Notes under the pieces: generated by a model
Told to the model about the DNA's origin: nothing
Database searches by the model: none
What the model saw: only the letters and a program-made list of their open reading frames with translations
IMG/VR virus record: IMGVR_UViG_3300008459_000379
Span: 1 to 24,413 of that record
Length of the DNA stretch: 24,413 bases
Direction: 5' to 3' (one strand)
From: a virus
Taxonomy: Duplodnaviria; Caudoviricetes
Shown here: positions 1 through 7,955 of the stretch, piece by piece
How positions within the stretch are numbered: the first letter of the stretch is position 1
How the letters are laid out: each line of letters begins with the position of its first letter
Program-made: the position numbers and the translations under genes

Positions 1-66
1 AACGTCAGAGTTGAATACTCGTATTTTGGAATTTTCAGTTATTTCAGAATCAATGTAAGGTTTCAT
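1..66 (-). CDS. Partial CDS running off the window (MKPYIDSEITENSKIRVFNSDV...), hypothetical phage protein
   Basis: ATG at 66, 3 nt after the stop of 70..666; frame open to the window edge; translated by hand. Confidence 0.7.
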   Translation of the reverse strand, partial: MKPYIDSEITENSKIRVFNSDV

Positions 67-69
67 ATA

Positions 70-666
70 TTACCAATACCCAGGATAAGTTTTACCTCCC
101 CACAAATGTCCAAATCTATTTAATCTACAAGCCCAATAACCAGCTTTCATTCTATCTTTCTTTTTATCACATTGGTGTCTTGCGGCAAATGATTTACGGG
201 CTTTAGGATTCGATACTTTAGCGGTTAATCCTCCGTGAACATCACCAAAAGAAATTTTCTTAACTCTACCTGTTGATGGGTTTTTTACATATACAACGTA
301 CTTTTTCCCTCCGCCGGTATTTCTTCTTGGTTTACCTATCTCAACCTTTTTACCATTATATTCAGCTTCATTAATGAATTCTTCAGATAATGGAAGGTCT
401 AAATAAACTTCCATACCATTTGATAATCTTACTTTTTCACCCAAATCAGTTTCAATAATTTCAACCTCTTCTTCGTTTAATGTAATCTCACCATCAAAAT
501 ATAATTCTCTTACTTCATTAATTAAATCAAAAAATGATTCAGAATGAGGTCTGTAAATGTTTTCAGTTAATGGTATGTTATTTTTTAAGTGGTATTTTAA
601 ACCTTCAGAACCAACCAATTCAGTTTGCTCCTTTAAAACCTTTTTAATTAAATTTTCAATTTTCAT
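70..666 (-). CDS. Conserved phage protein with basic C-terminal domain (KKYVVYVKNP...FGD...RKSFAARHQC...YWAC; DUF6321-like) and N-terminal leader ending VLKEQ
   Basis: 198-aa ORF; C-terminal motif recognised from T4-like phage proteins; DUF name from memory. Confidence 0.75.
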   Translation of the reverse strand: MKIENLIKKVLKEQTELVGSEGLKYHLKNNIPLTENIYRPHSESFFDLINEVRELYFDGEITLNEEEVEIIETDLGEKVRLSNGMEVYLDLPLSEEFINEAEYNGKKVEIGKPRRNTGGGKKYVVYVKNPSTGRVKKISFGDVHGGLTAKVSNPKARKSFAARHQCDKKKDRMKAGYWACRLNRFGHLWGGKTYPGYW

Positions 667-866
667 TTTTTGTTACGAAATAAGAAATATAACCCAAAAA
701 ATAAAAGAGACACCCCATAGAAAACCCCGGTGGTAATCCAATAGGAATTGGTAGCATCTAAAATCATTTTGAAAATGATGTCGAATCCTAAAGGGTTGAA
801 AAACATCCCAGCCATTAGACAGTATGTCGCCACGTTTCTGTGAAATACTCTTCTCCAAGTCGTCAT
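663..866 (-). CDS. Small two-TM membrane protein
   Basis: 67 aa with two hydrophobic stretches; ATGA overlap with the next gene; TATTTAT motif upstream (~915-921). Confidence 0.65.
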   Translation of the reverse strand: MTTWRRVFHRNVATYCLMAGMFFNPLGFDIIFKMILDATNSYWITTGVFYGVSLLFFGLYFLFRNKK

Positions 867-966
867 TATCCATTCATTTGGATTTAAAATTTATGAGCAA
901 AGCTCTTTTATAGAATAAATATTAAAATAAATAAAAAAATGGATAATTATAGGCAAATAACAAAAT

Positions 967-1107
967 ATGGCAGCAAAAGTTTCAAAAGGTTCCGCATCAA
1001 ATAAAGTTAATTTTGGTGTGAAGAAGACAGGTAAATTCTCTAAAAAATTGACTAGTAACAAAAGGTCAAAGAATTACAAAAAAGCTTACAGAGGACAAGG
1101 TAGATAG
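967..1107 (+). CDS. 46-aa very basic peptide MAAKVSKGSASNKVNFGVKKTGKFSKKLTSNKRSKNYKKAYRGQGR
   Basis: Hand translation (below the ORF-track cutoff); fills the intergenic gap; YRGQGR ending is typical of a small phage basic protein family. Confidence 0.8.
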   Translation: MAAKVSKGSASNKVNFGVKKTGKFSKKLTSNKRSKNYKKAYRGQGR

Positions 1108-1138
1108 TTGTTTTTTTGTTAGTAATTTTCTATATTTG
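1108..1138 (+). promoter_or_regulatory. Bacteroidota sigma-type promoter TTG-N20-TATATTTG
   Basis: TTG 1108-1110, TATATTTG 1131-1138, 5 nt before ATG 1144. Confidence 0.65.
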
Positions 1139-1143
1139 TATTA

Positions 1144-1476
1144 ATGAATAAGAAATTACTGTTACAAGAAATGTGTAATAAGTTTATTACTAAGACTTAC
1201 CCCTACATTTTAGAGGTGAGAGTGAGAGACGTTTCTTATATTGACAACAGGATTGATTTAATCATTGATTTAATTACTAATGAATCTGAACTTAAAAAAA
1301 TTAATATTTCCGACACATTAATAGATTTTTTAAGAAATGATGAGACCGGTAGTGTTTGGAAGTACAGAAATTTTGACTTAGGGTCGAATAGAATTAGAAA
1401 AGATATAAAAGATTTTATTAAACTTTTATATAATGAAAGAATTAATACTTTAACAGTACATTTAAAAGTCTCTTGA
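1144..1476 (+). CDS. Hypothetical protein
   Basis: 110-aa ORF with own promoter motif. Confidence 0.7.
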   Translation: MNKKLLLQEMCNKFITKTYPYILEVRVRDVSYIDNRIDLIIDLITNESELKKINISDTLIDFLRNDETGSVWKYRNFDLGSNRIRKDIKDFIKLLYNERINTLTVHLKVS

Positions 1477-1764
1477 CCTTACTTTATAATCTGTGTTCAT
1501 ATAGGGTATTCCAGTATTTTCTAAACCTAAATGAATACATAAATTTCTTGCATAATCAAAAAGTTTTCCTACCCAATTCTCATCTGTTTCCCCAAGGTAT
1601 AAAACCAAATCGACACCGAATCCCCAAATCCATTTTTCACTATTCTGCTCAAACATTGCTTTTACATCATCTTCATTAATTTTAAAACTAATTACAAATG
1701 GTAATTTTTTAAAATAACGAGACATTCCTTGTATAAAAAGTTTGATTTTTTTGTCAGTATCCAT
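1462..1764 (-). CDS. Hypothetical protein
   Basis: 100-aa ORF; TATTTAT 6 nt upstream. Confidence 0.7.
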   Translation of the reverse strand: MDTDKKIKLFIQGMSRYFKKLPFVISFKINEDDVKAMFEQNSEKWIWGFGVDLVLYLGETDENWVGKLFDYARNLCIHLGLENTGIPYMNTDYKVRSRDF

Positions 1765-1776
1765 ATTATTATAAAT

Positions 1777-2046
1777 ATGTTGAAATTATTCTTTGAGAAA
1801 ATGATGAACCGTGTTTTTAAAAAAGACATTGATTTGTTATTTGGTGAAGATAGTAAAATTAAAGTAGATTCTATGGGGTATTCAACACAATATAAAAAAT
1901 TTCATTTGTCCGTTACATTATTTCCTGGTAATTATGAATATGCACTCGAAGTATACCCAGAAGGTTTGGAAGGTGTTGTGCAAGATTCTTGGAAATTTAT
2001 GGGAATTTCTAAGGATATTATATTAACAACATCAATAGACCATTAA
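1777..2046 (+). CDS. Hypothetical protein (start revised to MLKLFFEK)
   Basis: ATG at 1777 avoids overlap with the divergent gene; 2 nt gap to next gene. Confidence 0.65.
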   Translation: MLKLFFEKMMNRVFKKDIDLLFGEDSKIKVDSMGYSTQYKKFHLSVTLFPGNYEYALEVYPEGLEGVVQDSWKFMGISKDIILTTSIDH

Positions 2047-2048
2047 TT

Positions 2049-2402
2049 ATGGCACATCCAATTATTCATTCAAAAAGTTCTGCTAAAAAATTTGGTGGGA
2101 AATGGGAAGACTATATCCATTTACACGAATGGTTAGATGAAACTAAAGCTTGGTATGGACATTCAACCCATAGGATGTTTAGACATCACTCTGAGGGTAT
2201 TTTTGAGATGGAAAAACGATTTGGGACTCAGTTTACTAACAGTGACGGAAAGACTGTTTATACACGTTATGTGGGGGAACAACACGTTAAAGAAGATTGT
2301 AATAACTACATACCAACAGCCAAAGAATGGATTGATGGATTACAGTCCAAAAAACGTCCAATATGGATGATGAAAACAATAAAATTAGAATTTGAAGATT
2401 AA
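2049..2402 (+). CDS. His-rich DUF6915-like protein
   Basis: MAHP..HS.SS.KKFGG..EDY...H.W.D...HR..RHH.EGIF...EQHV.ED motif. Confidence 0.8.
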   Translation: MAHPIIHSKSSAKKFGGKWEDYIHLHEWLDETKAWYGHSTHRMFRHHSEGIFEMEKRFGTQFTNSDGKTVYTRYVGEQHVKEDCNNYIPTAKEWIDGLQSKKRPIWMMKTIKLEFED

Positions 2403-2413
2403 TATTTATTAGT

Positions 2414-3088
2414 ATGGAAAAAATAGAACAATTTATTAATGATAACTTACAGAATTTTAAATTACTTCATTTTTATTTGAAAAGTGAGGGACATCATTTA
2501 ATTACTCAAGACTTTTACATCCAATCGGGCTCGATTGATTATTACTATCAACCATTTGGTAATACACCATTAAAATTACCTAAAAGATTAGAAGAATTTT
2601 ACGATAAATTAGTGACGTTGGTTACTGAGGAAGATTTTGATATTGATTATGACAATTACCACACAATTGAGGTTAGGTACACTGTGAAAAATAATACTTT
2701 AACAATAAAAGATATAGAACATATAACTGTCACAAGAGATTCGTCATCAGTTACTGATGTGGAATCACCTGAAATATTAGACATTTTCAAATTATGGTTC
2801 GACAAAGGTTTTTCACTAGTTAAAGTTGATTTTAATGGTGGCGGTGATAGTGGTTATATTGATAGTGAAGGTTACAATGATAGTGAGCGTCGTATTGAAA
2901 TACCGGCAGCTCTTGATGACTTTTTATACGAAATTCTTGGACGTAATTTTGGAGGATGGGAAATAAATGAAGGGTCCCAAGGAACCTTTGACATTCATAC
3001 TGATGATAATGAAATTATTCTTTATATTGGAGTTAATGAAGAAGACACTGAGACCTCAACTATCTATACAAAACAAATTAATTTTTAG
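2414..3088 (+). CDS. Acidic protein with DUF6878-like C-terminal domain
   Basis: FNGGGDSG...GWEINEGSQG motif; adjacent to the DUF6915-like gene. Confidence 0.75.
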   Translation: MEKIEQFINDNLQNFKLLHFYLKSEGHHLITQDFYIQSGSIDYYYQPFGNTPLKLPKRLEEFYDKLVTLVTEEDFDIDYDNYHTIEVRYTVKNNTLTIKDIEHITVTRDSSSVTDVESPEILDIFKLWFDKGFSLVKVDFNGGGDSGYIDSEGYNDSERRIEIPAALDDFLYEILGRNFGGWEINEGSQGTFDIHTDDNEIILYIGVNEEDTETSTIYTKQINF

Positions 3089-3468
3089 AATAACACAATT
3101 GCGATTGGTTTGTGACCTTCGAAAGATGGGTTTGCTTTGAAATATACCTTGTTAGAGTCGTGATAAATGTTTCCAGTTGACCCGTCCTTAATTTCAAAAT
3201 CATCTTTATCAGGTGCATTTAACTGGGTATCGTCAACTTTGAAGTATCCGTTTTCAAAAGACGCTGGGTAATTTTGTCCCATATTATAAACTTTCATAAA
3301 CTCATCCTTAGTTCTTGGTTTAAGAGTTTCAGGAGTTGCAGTAACAGGAACCTCCGCAGTTTCAGGAGCTTCAGATTGTTCAAATAATTTTCTTTTTAAA
3401 GATGGGTCAGAATGTAACCCTAAGATTCTATTTTTTTCTGATTCTGTAATACTAATGCGATTTTTCAT
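3085..3468 (-). CDS. Hypothetical protein with N-terminal leader (MKNRISITESEKNRILGLH...LFEQ)
   Basis: Start revised to 3468 to match the leader family; TATTTAT at 3486-3492. Confidence 0.75.
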   Translation of the reverse strand: MKNRISITESEKNRILGLHSDPSLKRKLFEQSEAPETAEVPVTATPETLKPRTKDEFMKVYNMGQNYPASFENGYFKVDDTQLNAPDKDDFEIKDGSTGNIYHDSNKVYFKANPSFEGHKPIAIVLF

Positions 3469-3525
3469 ATGATTATAATATACAAATAAATATTGCGTCA
3501 AATAAAAAAATAAATATTTATTAAT

Positions 3526-3882
3526 ATGAAGATTATTTTAAATAACAAAACACTCAATACTAAGGTTTGTAAAACCCCTGAAGAAAAGATGAAGGGTATG
3601 CAAAACAAACAATTTAATGGGTTTGATTCAATGTTATTTTTATTGGGTAGCGACCACGATTGTTTTTGGATGAAGGATTGTATCATTCCTTTGGACATCC
3701 TGTTTTTGGACCACAAATTTAATATCGTTAAAATTTTTCCATCTTGTCCTATTTGTAACACAGATGATTGTCAAAGATATTGTAGTGATGGTAATTACGT
3801 ATTAGAATTACCATCAGGTTACTGTAAGAAAAACAACGTAAAATTAGGGGACAAAGTTATTTTGTCCCTTCAGAATCTTTAA
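3526..3882 (+). CDS. DUF192 family protein
   Basis: GM...MLF...FWMK....PLDILF...YVLELP.G signature. Confidence 0.9.
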   Translation: MKIILNNKTLNTKVCKTPEEKMKGMQNKQFNGFDSMLFLLGSDHDCFWMKDCIIPLDILFLDHKFNIVKIFPSCPICNTDDCQRYCSDGNYVLELPSGYCKKNNVKLGDKVILSLQNL

Positions 3883-5275
3883 TCTTATCCTGTAATTTTT
3901 GTACAAATTCTTGTTGTAATGTCTTTAAGAATTTAACATATGCCGCATCTTCACTATCGGCAGGTTTACTATATTTACCCTCAGGTGGTCTTTTACTTCT
4001 TCCAAATAAGTTTAATCCTGAAATGTTTGTAATACATTTATGTCCACCTGAATTGGCTTGAATAATATCCCAAGCAGTCACACCAATTTTGTCTAACAAA
4101 GTTTTTTCTTCTTCGGTTAATGATGAAAATGGTTTTGACATTGCGTCTTTAACAATTCCAAGATATTCCATACCATTGTCAATATCCATCATTTTCTCAC
4201 CATAAATTGCCGAAAAATCTTTGAATGTAAATCCTACAGATTCTTCTCCAAAATCTTTTGCAGATTCTGAAATCCATTTTATTGTTGATAGTGGAATGAC
4301 TCTGTCTTTTAATTTAGATTCCCACTTACCAAGTACTTCTTGAGCAATTTCACCAAGATTCACTCCTTTTAACTGTCTTTCTTTTTTGAATGGATTACAA
4401 GATGCCTGTAGTAACCCTAATGGCCAAGCAATTACTAAGAAATCCGCCTCAGGATTGTTTCTAAATGGAGTGTATCTATCATAAGAACCTGGTTTAATCA
4501 TACTACCCCCACCATACTGAACAATTATATTACCGTCAATTTTAACATTTGGGTTAGACTTCATTGACTTAACATAATCCTCCTTGTTTTTTTCAAGTTG
4601 TGATGTACCAGCGTACCCTTTTTCTTTAACAACCTTACTAATAATATTAAAAATTGATAATATTGACGGTTTGGCCGTCATTACAAGATGTTCTAAAAAT
4701 TTAGGTTTGTTCTTAAATGCCAATAACAATTTGTTTGTCACCAAACCTAACATCATTCTATTTTCTTTACCTGATTTATCTTTATCGAACGAATAAATGT
4801 AATTCATTACCATTTCAGGTGTAATATCTCTTGAAGCGTAATCCGCACTATCCACCATTGATATTGTTGCAACATCTTCAGGTGTGAAAATCTCAGACGA
4901 AGGTATGATTTGAGATAATGTCTCAACATTTGAACGAGCCCCTCTAAATTGTGTGGATTTTGTTTCTTCTGCCCCCGCTTGCCTGTCGTGGTGGTCTGTG
5001 TGAACAATAAACATTGGTTTTCCGTGAGCGAAATCAACTAAAACTGGCATAATTTCACCGTTAGCGTCAGCCTTTCTTACTGAGAACTCTTTATCTCCAT
5101 ATTGAATTATCTCAGAATCAACAACTTTGATTCCGTTATCTTCCAAATATTTTTTCATAGCTAAAGCGGTAGTTACACCGTCTAAATCCATATGAAAATA
5201 AATTTTTGCCTTCTTATATCTTTTTGATAATTCGTTAATGTTACGAATCCCACCCTCTGTAAGTAAATTTTTCAT
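3857..5275 (-). CDS. DHH-family phosphoesterase-like protein
   Basis: HMDLDG, VDF, TDHH motifs and C-terminal SGGH. Confidence 0.75.
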   Translation of the reverse strand: MKNLLTEGGIRNINELSKRYKKAKIYFHMDLDGVTTALAMKKYLEDNGIKVVDSEIIQYGDKEFSVRKADANGEIMPVLVDFAHGKPMFIVHTDHHDRQAGAEETKSTQFRGARSNVETLSQIIPSSEIFTPEDVATISMVDSADYASRDITPEMVMNYIYSFDKDKSGKENRMMLGLVTNKLLLAFKNKPKFLEHLVMTAKPSILSIFNIISKVVKEKGYAGTSQLEKNKEDYVKSMKSNPNVKIDGNIIVQYGGGSMIKPGSYDRYTPFRNNPEADFLVIAWPLGLLQASCNPFKKERQLKGVNLGEIAQEVLGKWESKLKDRVIPLSTIKWISESAKDFGEESVGFTFKDFSAIYGEKMMDIDNGMEYLGIVKDAMSKPFSSLTEEEKTLLDKIGVTAWDIIQANSGGHKCITNISGLNLFGRSKRPPEGKYSKPADSEDAAYVKFLKTLQQEFVQKLQDKIKDSEGTK

Positions 5276-5312
5276 ATATTATAAATATTATTCTTTATGA
5301 AAACAATAATAT

Positions 5313-5495
5313 TTATTTGCCTGTCTTTTTACCCTTAACGTTTGGATGATTGAGATAGTAATCAAAGAATAAAATACAACTTCTACACAAAATGTATTTT
5401 TTATCTGATTTATCGGATGTCATTTCACAACAATCGTCTTTTTCTTTTTTACACTGTTGACAAGTATTAGTATGTCGGTCTCCGAAAGTAATCAT
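5313..5495 (-). CDS. Small Cys-rich (CxxC x2) putative zinc-binding protein
   Basis: CQQC and CRSC in 60 aa; follows 5509..5703. Confidence 0.6.
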   Translation of the reverse strand: MITFGDRHTNTCQQCKKEKDDCCEMTSDKSDKKYILCRSCILFFDYYLNHPNVKGKKTGK

Positions 5496-5508
5496 TAGTT
5501 AAGTATAA

Positions 5509-5703
5509 CTATTTCTTTTTAACTTGTCCATTTTTTTTATTAAACTTCACAATATCTTCTTCATAAATGTTTAACAAATTTTCCAATTTAGTTTTATTTT
5601 TTTCTAATGTCGCAAATAGGACCGCATCATAGAATTTATCTTTCAAACTAGGTTTACTTTCAAAGTACTCAAACATTAATTCAGTGATTTCGTCAATAGT
5701 CAT
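5509..5703 (-). CDS. Hypothetical protein
   Basis: 64 aa; TATTTAT 4 nt upstream (5708-5714). Confidence 0.7.
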   Translation of the reverse strand: MTIDEITELMFEYFESKPSLKDKFYDAVLFATLEKNKTKLENLLNIYEEDIVKFNKKNGQVKKK

Positions 5704-5763
5704 AATGATAAATATTTTAATAGTATTTATTCTTTTTTAAAACATTCATATATTTAATATGAA

Positions 5764-5811
5764 ATGAATACACGAACCAAATCAAATAATAATAACCATT
5801 CAGAATCCTGA
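5764..5811 (+). CDS. Putative attenuator leader peptide MNTRTKSNNNNHSES
   Basis: Four consecutive Asn codons AAT AAT AAT AAC (5785-5796) upstream of an Asn-metabolism gene; stop codon lies in the terminator stem. Confidence 0.75.
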   Translation: MNTRTKSNNNNHSES

Positions 5812-5831
5812 CATCAGTCAGGATTTTTTTT
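5804..5831 (+). terminator. Intrinsic terminator / attenuator hairpin
   Basis: AATCCTGAC-ATCA-GTCAGGATT perfect 9-bp stem with T8 tract (5824-5831), 36 nt before the ATG at 5868. Confidence 0.85.
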
Positions 5832-5867
5832 GCCCATACGTTAACAATAAACTAAAAATAAAAAAAA

Positions 5868-6695
5868 ATGAAAAACACAGAAACTTACAACGAATTAGTT
5901 CAAAAAATGAGAACATTCTTCCAAGAGAAAGGATTTAAAGAAGTTCCAACCCAATCAAGATTATCAATCTTAGCTGCGTGTGAAAACCCACACTCAATAA
6001 CAACATTTAATTACCAAGGAGAAGTTTGGCCATTACCACAGACAGGCCAAATGTGGTTAGAATATGAACTTCTTAAAAATCCTGAATGGAATGGTGTATA
6101 TTGTATTTCAACGTCATATAGACAAGAAAAAGACCCAATTCCAGGTCGTCACGAAATGATTTTCCCAATGTTTGAGTTTGAATCAAAAGGTGGAATGAAA
6201 GATATGTTAAAACTTGAATCAGAGCTTTTAGATTATTTAGGGTTTGATAAAGCAATTGAGGTTAACTATGATGATGTTTGTGAAGAATATGGTGGAGTTC
6301 AAATTTTAGAAAACGAACACGAAACAAGAATGTGGGAAGAGAAAGGTCCTGTAGTGTCTCTTCAAAATTTCCCATACAGAACTAACCCATTTTGGAATAT
6401 GAGAGAAGGGATGGACAAAATTTTCAACAAAGTAGATGTGATTCTTTACGGACAAGAAACTATTGGTTCCGCTGAAAGAAGTTCTAATGTAGAAGAAATG
6501 AGAAATAATTTCTACACAATTGAGAATGGGAAATACTCTGAAAAACTTTTTGAGTTATTCGGTAAAGAAAGAGTTGAGAAAGAATTAGAAGAATTTTTAT
6601 CACACGATTTCTTCCCACGTTTTGGTGGAGGAATTGGAATGACAAGATTGGCAAGAGCCTATCAGTTAATGATGGAAGAAGTCGAAGCTTTCTAA
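5868..6695 (+). CDS. Class IIb aaRS catalytic-domain-only protein, AsnRS-like (probable ammonia-dependent asparagine synthetase, archaeal AsnRS2 type)
   Basis: Motif 1 FFQEKGFKEVPT, motif 2 SYRQE...RH..IFPMFEFE, motif 3 GGGIGMTRL; 275 aa, no anticodon-binding OB domain. Confidence 0.8.
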   Translation: MKNTETYNELVQKMRTFFQEKGFKEVPTQSRLSILAACENPHSITTFNYQGEVWPLPQTGQMWLEYELLKNPEWNGVYCISTSYRQEKDPIPGRHEMIFPMFEFESKGGMKDMLKLESELLDYLGFDKAIEVNYDDVCEEYGGVQILENEHETRMWEEKGPVVSLQNFPYRTNPFWNMREGMDKIFNKVDVILYGQETIGSAERSSNVEEMRNNFYTIENGKYSEKLFELFGKERVEKELEEFLSHDFFPRFGGGIGMTRLARAYQLMMEEVEAF

Positions 6696-6696
6696 T

Positions 6697-6724
6697 AAAA
6701 ACCCCTCCAAAGAGGGGTTTTTTT
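6697..6724. terminator. Bidirectional intrinsic terminator
   Basis: AAAAACCCCTC-CAAA-GAGGGGTTTTTTT between convergent genes. Confidence 0.9.
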
Positions 6725-6725
6725 A

Positions 6726-6887
6726 TCACTCAACGTTTTCCAACAATTTACCCCAAACCAATCCTTGAATTGAAATCAAAACGATTGAGATTACAAACAC
6801 ACTTGTGTTTGAAGAGTGTACCAATAACAATACTGATAATACAAGGGCCATCATCGCTGCGGTCAATTTTAATTTCAAGTTTTTCAT
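6726..6887 (-). CDS. 53-aa two-TM membrane protein (MKNLKLKLTAAMMALVLSVLLL...WGKLLENVE)
   Basis: Hand translation; own promoter upstream and terminator downstream. Confidence 0.75.
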   Translation of the reverse strand: MKNLKLKLTAAMMALVLSVLLLVHSSNTSVFVISIVLISIQGLVWGKLLENVE

Positions 6888-6913
6888 AGTTGTTAGGGGT
6901 TTTAATTATATCT

Positions 6914-6944
6914 CAAAGATACACAAAAAATTTGAATGCACAAA
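6914..6944 (-). promoter_or_regulatory. Bacteroidota promoter TTTG-N19-TATCTTTG
   Basis: Plus strand caaagata 6914-6921 and caaa 6941-6944. Confidence 0.75.
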
Positions 6945-6970
6945 AAAACCCTCAAAAAAATGAGGGTTTT
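6942..6970 (-). terminator. Intrinsic terminator
   Basis: AAAACCCTCA...TGAGGGTTTT downstream of 6991..7392. Confidence 0.8.
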
Positions 6971-6990
6971 AACATATTAAAATTGATTTA

Positions 6991-7392
6991 TTATCTTCTT
7001 TTTCTTACAATACGACTTTCCATCATTGTAGAGTCATTTTCTTCATCAGAAATACCCATATCTTTGTTATATCTTTTTCTCGAAACCTCACCCATTCCTG
7101 AAGGGTCTAGGTCTGTGGTTTCCATTGCTGTTTGTAAAGCCTTTTCAACTTTATCAGCTTCAGCGTCGTTACCAGACTTTCTTAATTTTTTAATTGCGGC
7201 TTTAATGTAGTGTGAACCTGCAATTCCTAACATTCCGATTACAGTTGTAACGATTGTTATAATTGCTTCACCTGTGTCCAACGCTTCAGGATTAAAGAAG
7301 TTTTCAGGTTGCTCATTCATTTCAGTTTCATTAACAATGTTCTTAATTAAAGATGTTAATTCTGATTCAGTTAAACGTATTACTTTTTTCAT
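6991..7392 (-). CDS. Leader-bearing protein (MKKVIRLTESEL...VNE) with one TM helix
   Basis: Start revised to the leader Met; hydrophobic AIITIVTTVIGMLGIAG; TATTTAT 7409-7415. Confidence 0.75.
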   Translation of the reverse strand: MKKVIRLTESELTSLIKNIVNETEMNEQPENFFNPEALDTGEAIITIVTTVIGMLGIAGSHYIKAAIKKLRKSGNDAEADKVEKALQTAMETTDLDPSGMGEVSRKRYNKDMGISDEENDSTMMESRIVRKRR

Positions 7393-7430
7393 TTTTTTTC
7401 TGTTTATTATAAATATGCTGTAATTTGAAT

Positions 7431-7459
7431 TTGACAAAAAAAAATTAATATATTATACT
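7431..7459 (+). promoter_or_regulatory. Canonical sigma70-type promoter TTGACA-N17-TATACT
   Basis: TTGACA 7431-7436, TATACT 7454-7459, ATG 6 nt later. Confidence 0.65.
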
Positions 7460-7465
7460 TGAATT

Positions 7466-7891
7466 ATGAGTACAATTAAAAGTGGTGATAATGTCACCGT
7501 AAACTACACAGGTAGATTAGAAGACGGAACAATCTTCGACAGTTCATTAAACGAAGGTAGAACTCCATTAGTTGCAACACTTGGACAAGGACAACTTATT
7601 CCAGGTTTTGAAGAAGGATTAATAGGATTATCTACGGGAGAAAAAAGAACAGTTGAAATTGAACCTGAAAATGCGTATGGTCAACACAACCCTATGATGA
7701 TTCAAGAAATTGAAAAAACTAACGTACCTGAGGGTGTTCAAGTTGGTGATACTTTACAAGGTATGAACCAATACGGACCAATTAATGTAACAGTTTCAGA
7801 AGTTAAAGAAGAAACTGTGGTTTTAGATATGAATCATCCACTTGCTGGTAAGAAACTTATCTTTGACTTGGAAGTTGTATCGGTTAACTAA
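7466..7891 (+). CDS. slyD: FKBP-type peptidyl-prolyl isomerase, SlyD-like, no His-rich tail
   Basis: V.VNYTG.LEDG.IFDSS...G.GQLIPGFEE...PE.AYG...LDMNHPLAGK.L.F. Confidence 0.92.
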   Translation: MSTIKSGDNVTVNYTGRLEDGTIFDSSLNEGRTPLVATLGQGQLIPGFEEGLIGLSTGEKRTVEIEPENAYGQHNPMMIQEIEKTNVPEGVQVGDTLQGMNQYGPINVTVSEVKEETVVLDMNHPLAGKKLIFDLEVVSVN

Positions 7892-7910
7892 TACAAAATC
7901 CTTTTAAACT

Positions 7911-7937
7911 AAAAACCCCTCTAAGTGAGGGGTTTTT
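7911..7937. terminator. Bidirectional intrinsic terminator
   Basis: AAAAACCCCTC-TAAGT-GAGGGGTTTTT between convergent genes. Confidence 0.9.
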
Positions 7938-7955
7938 AATTATCGACAAATATTA

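Noticed and set aside
5868-6695. Functional asparaginyl-tRNA synthetase (asnS)
   Set aside because: It lacks the N-terminal anticodon-binding domain, so no gene symbol was assigned.
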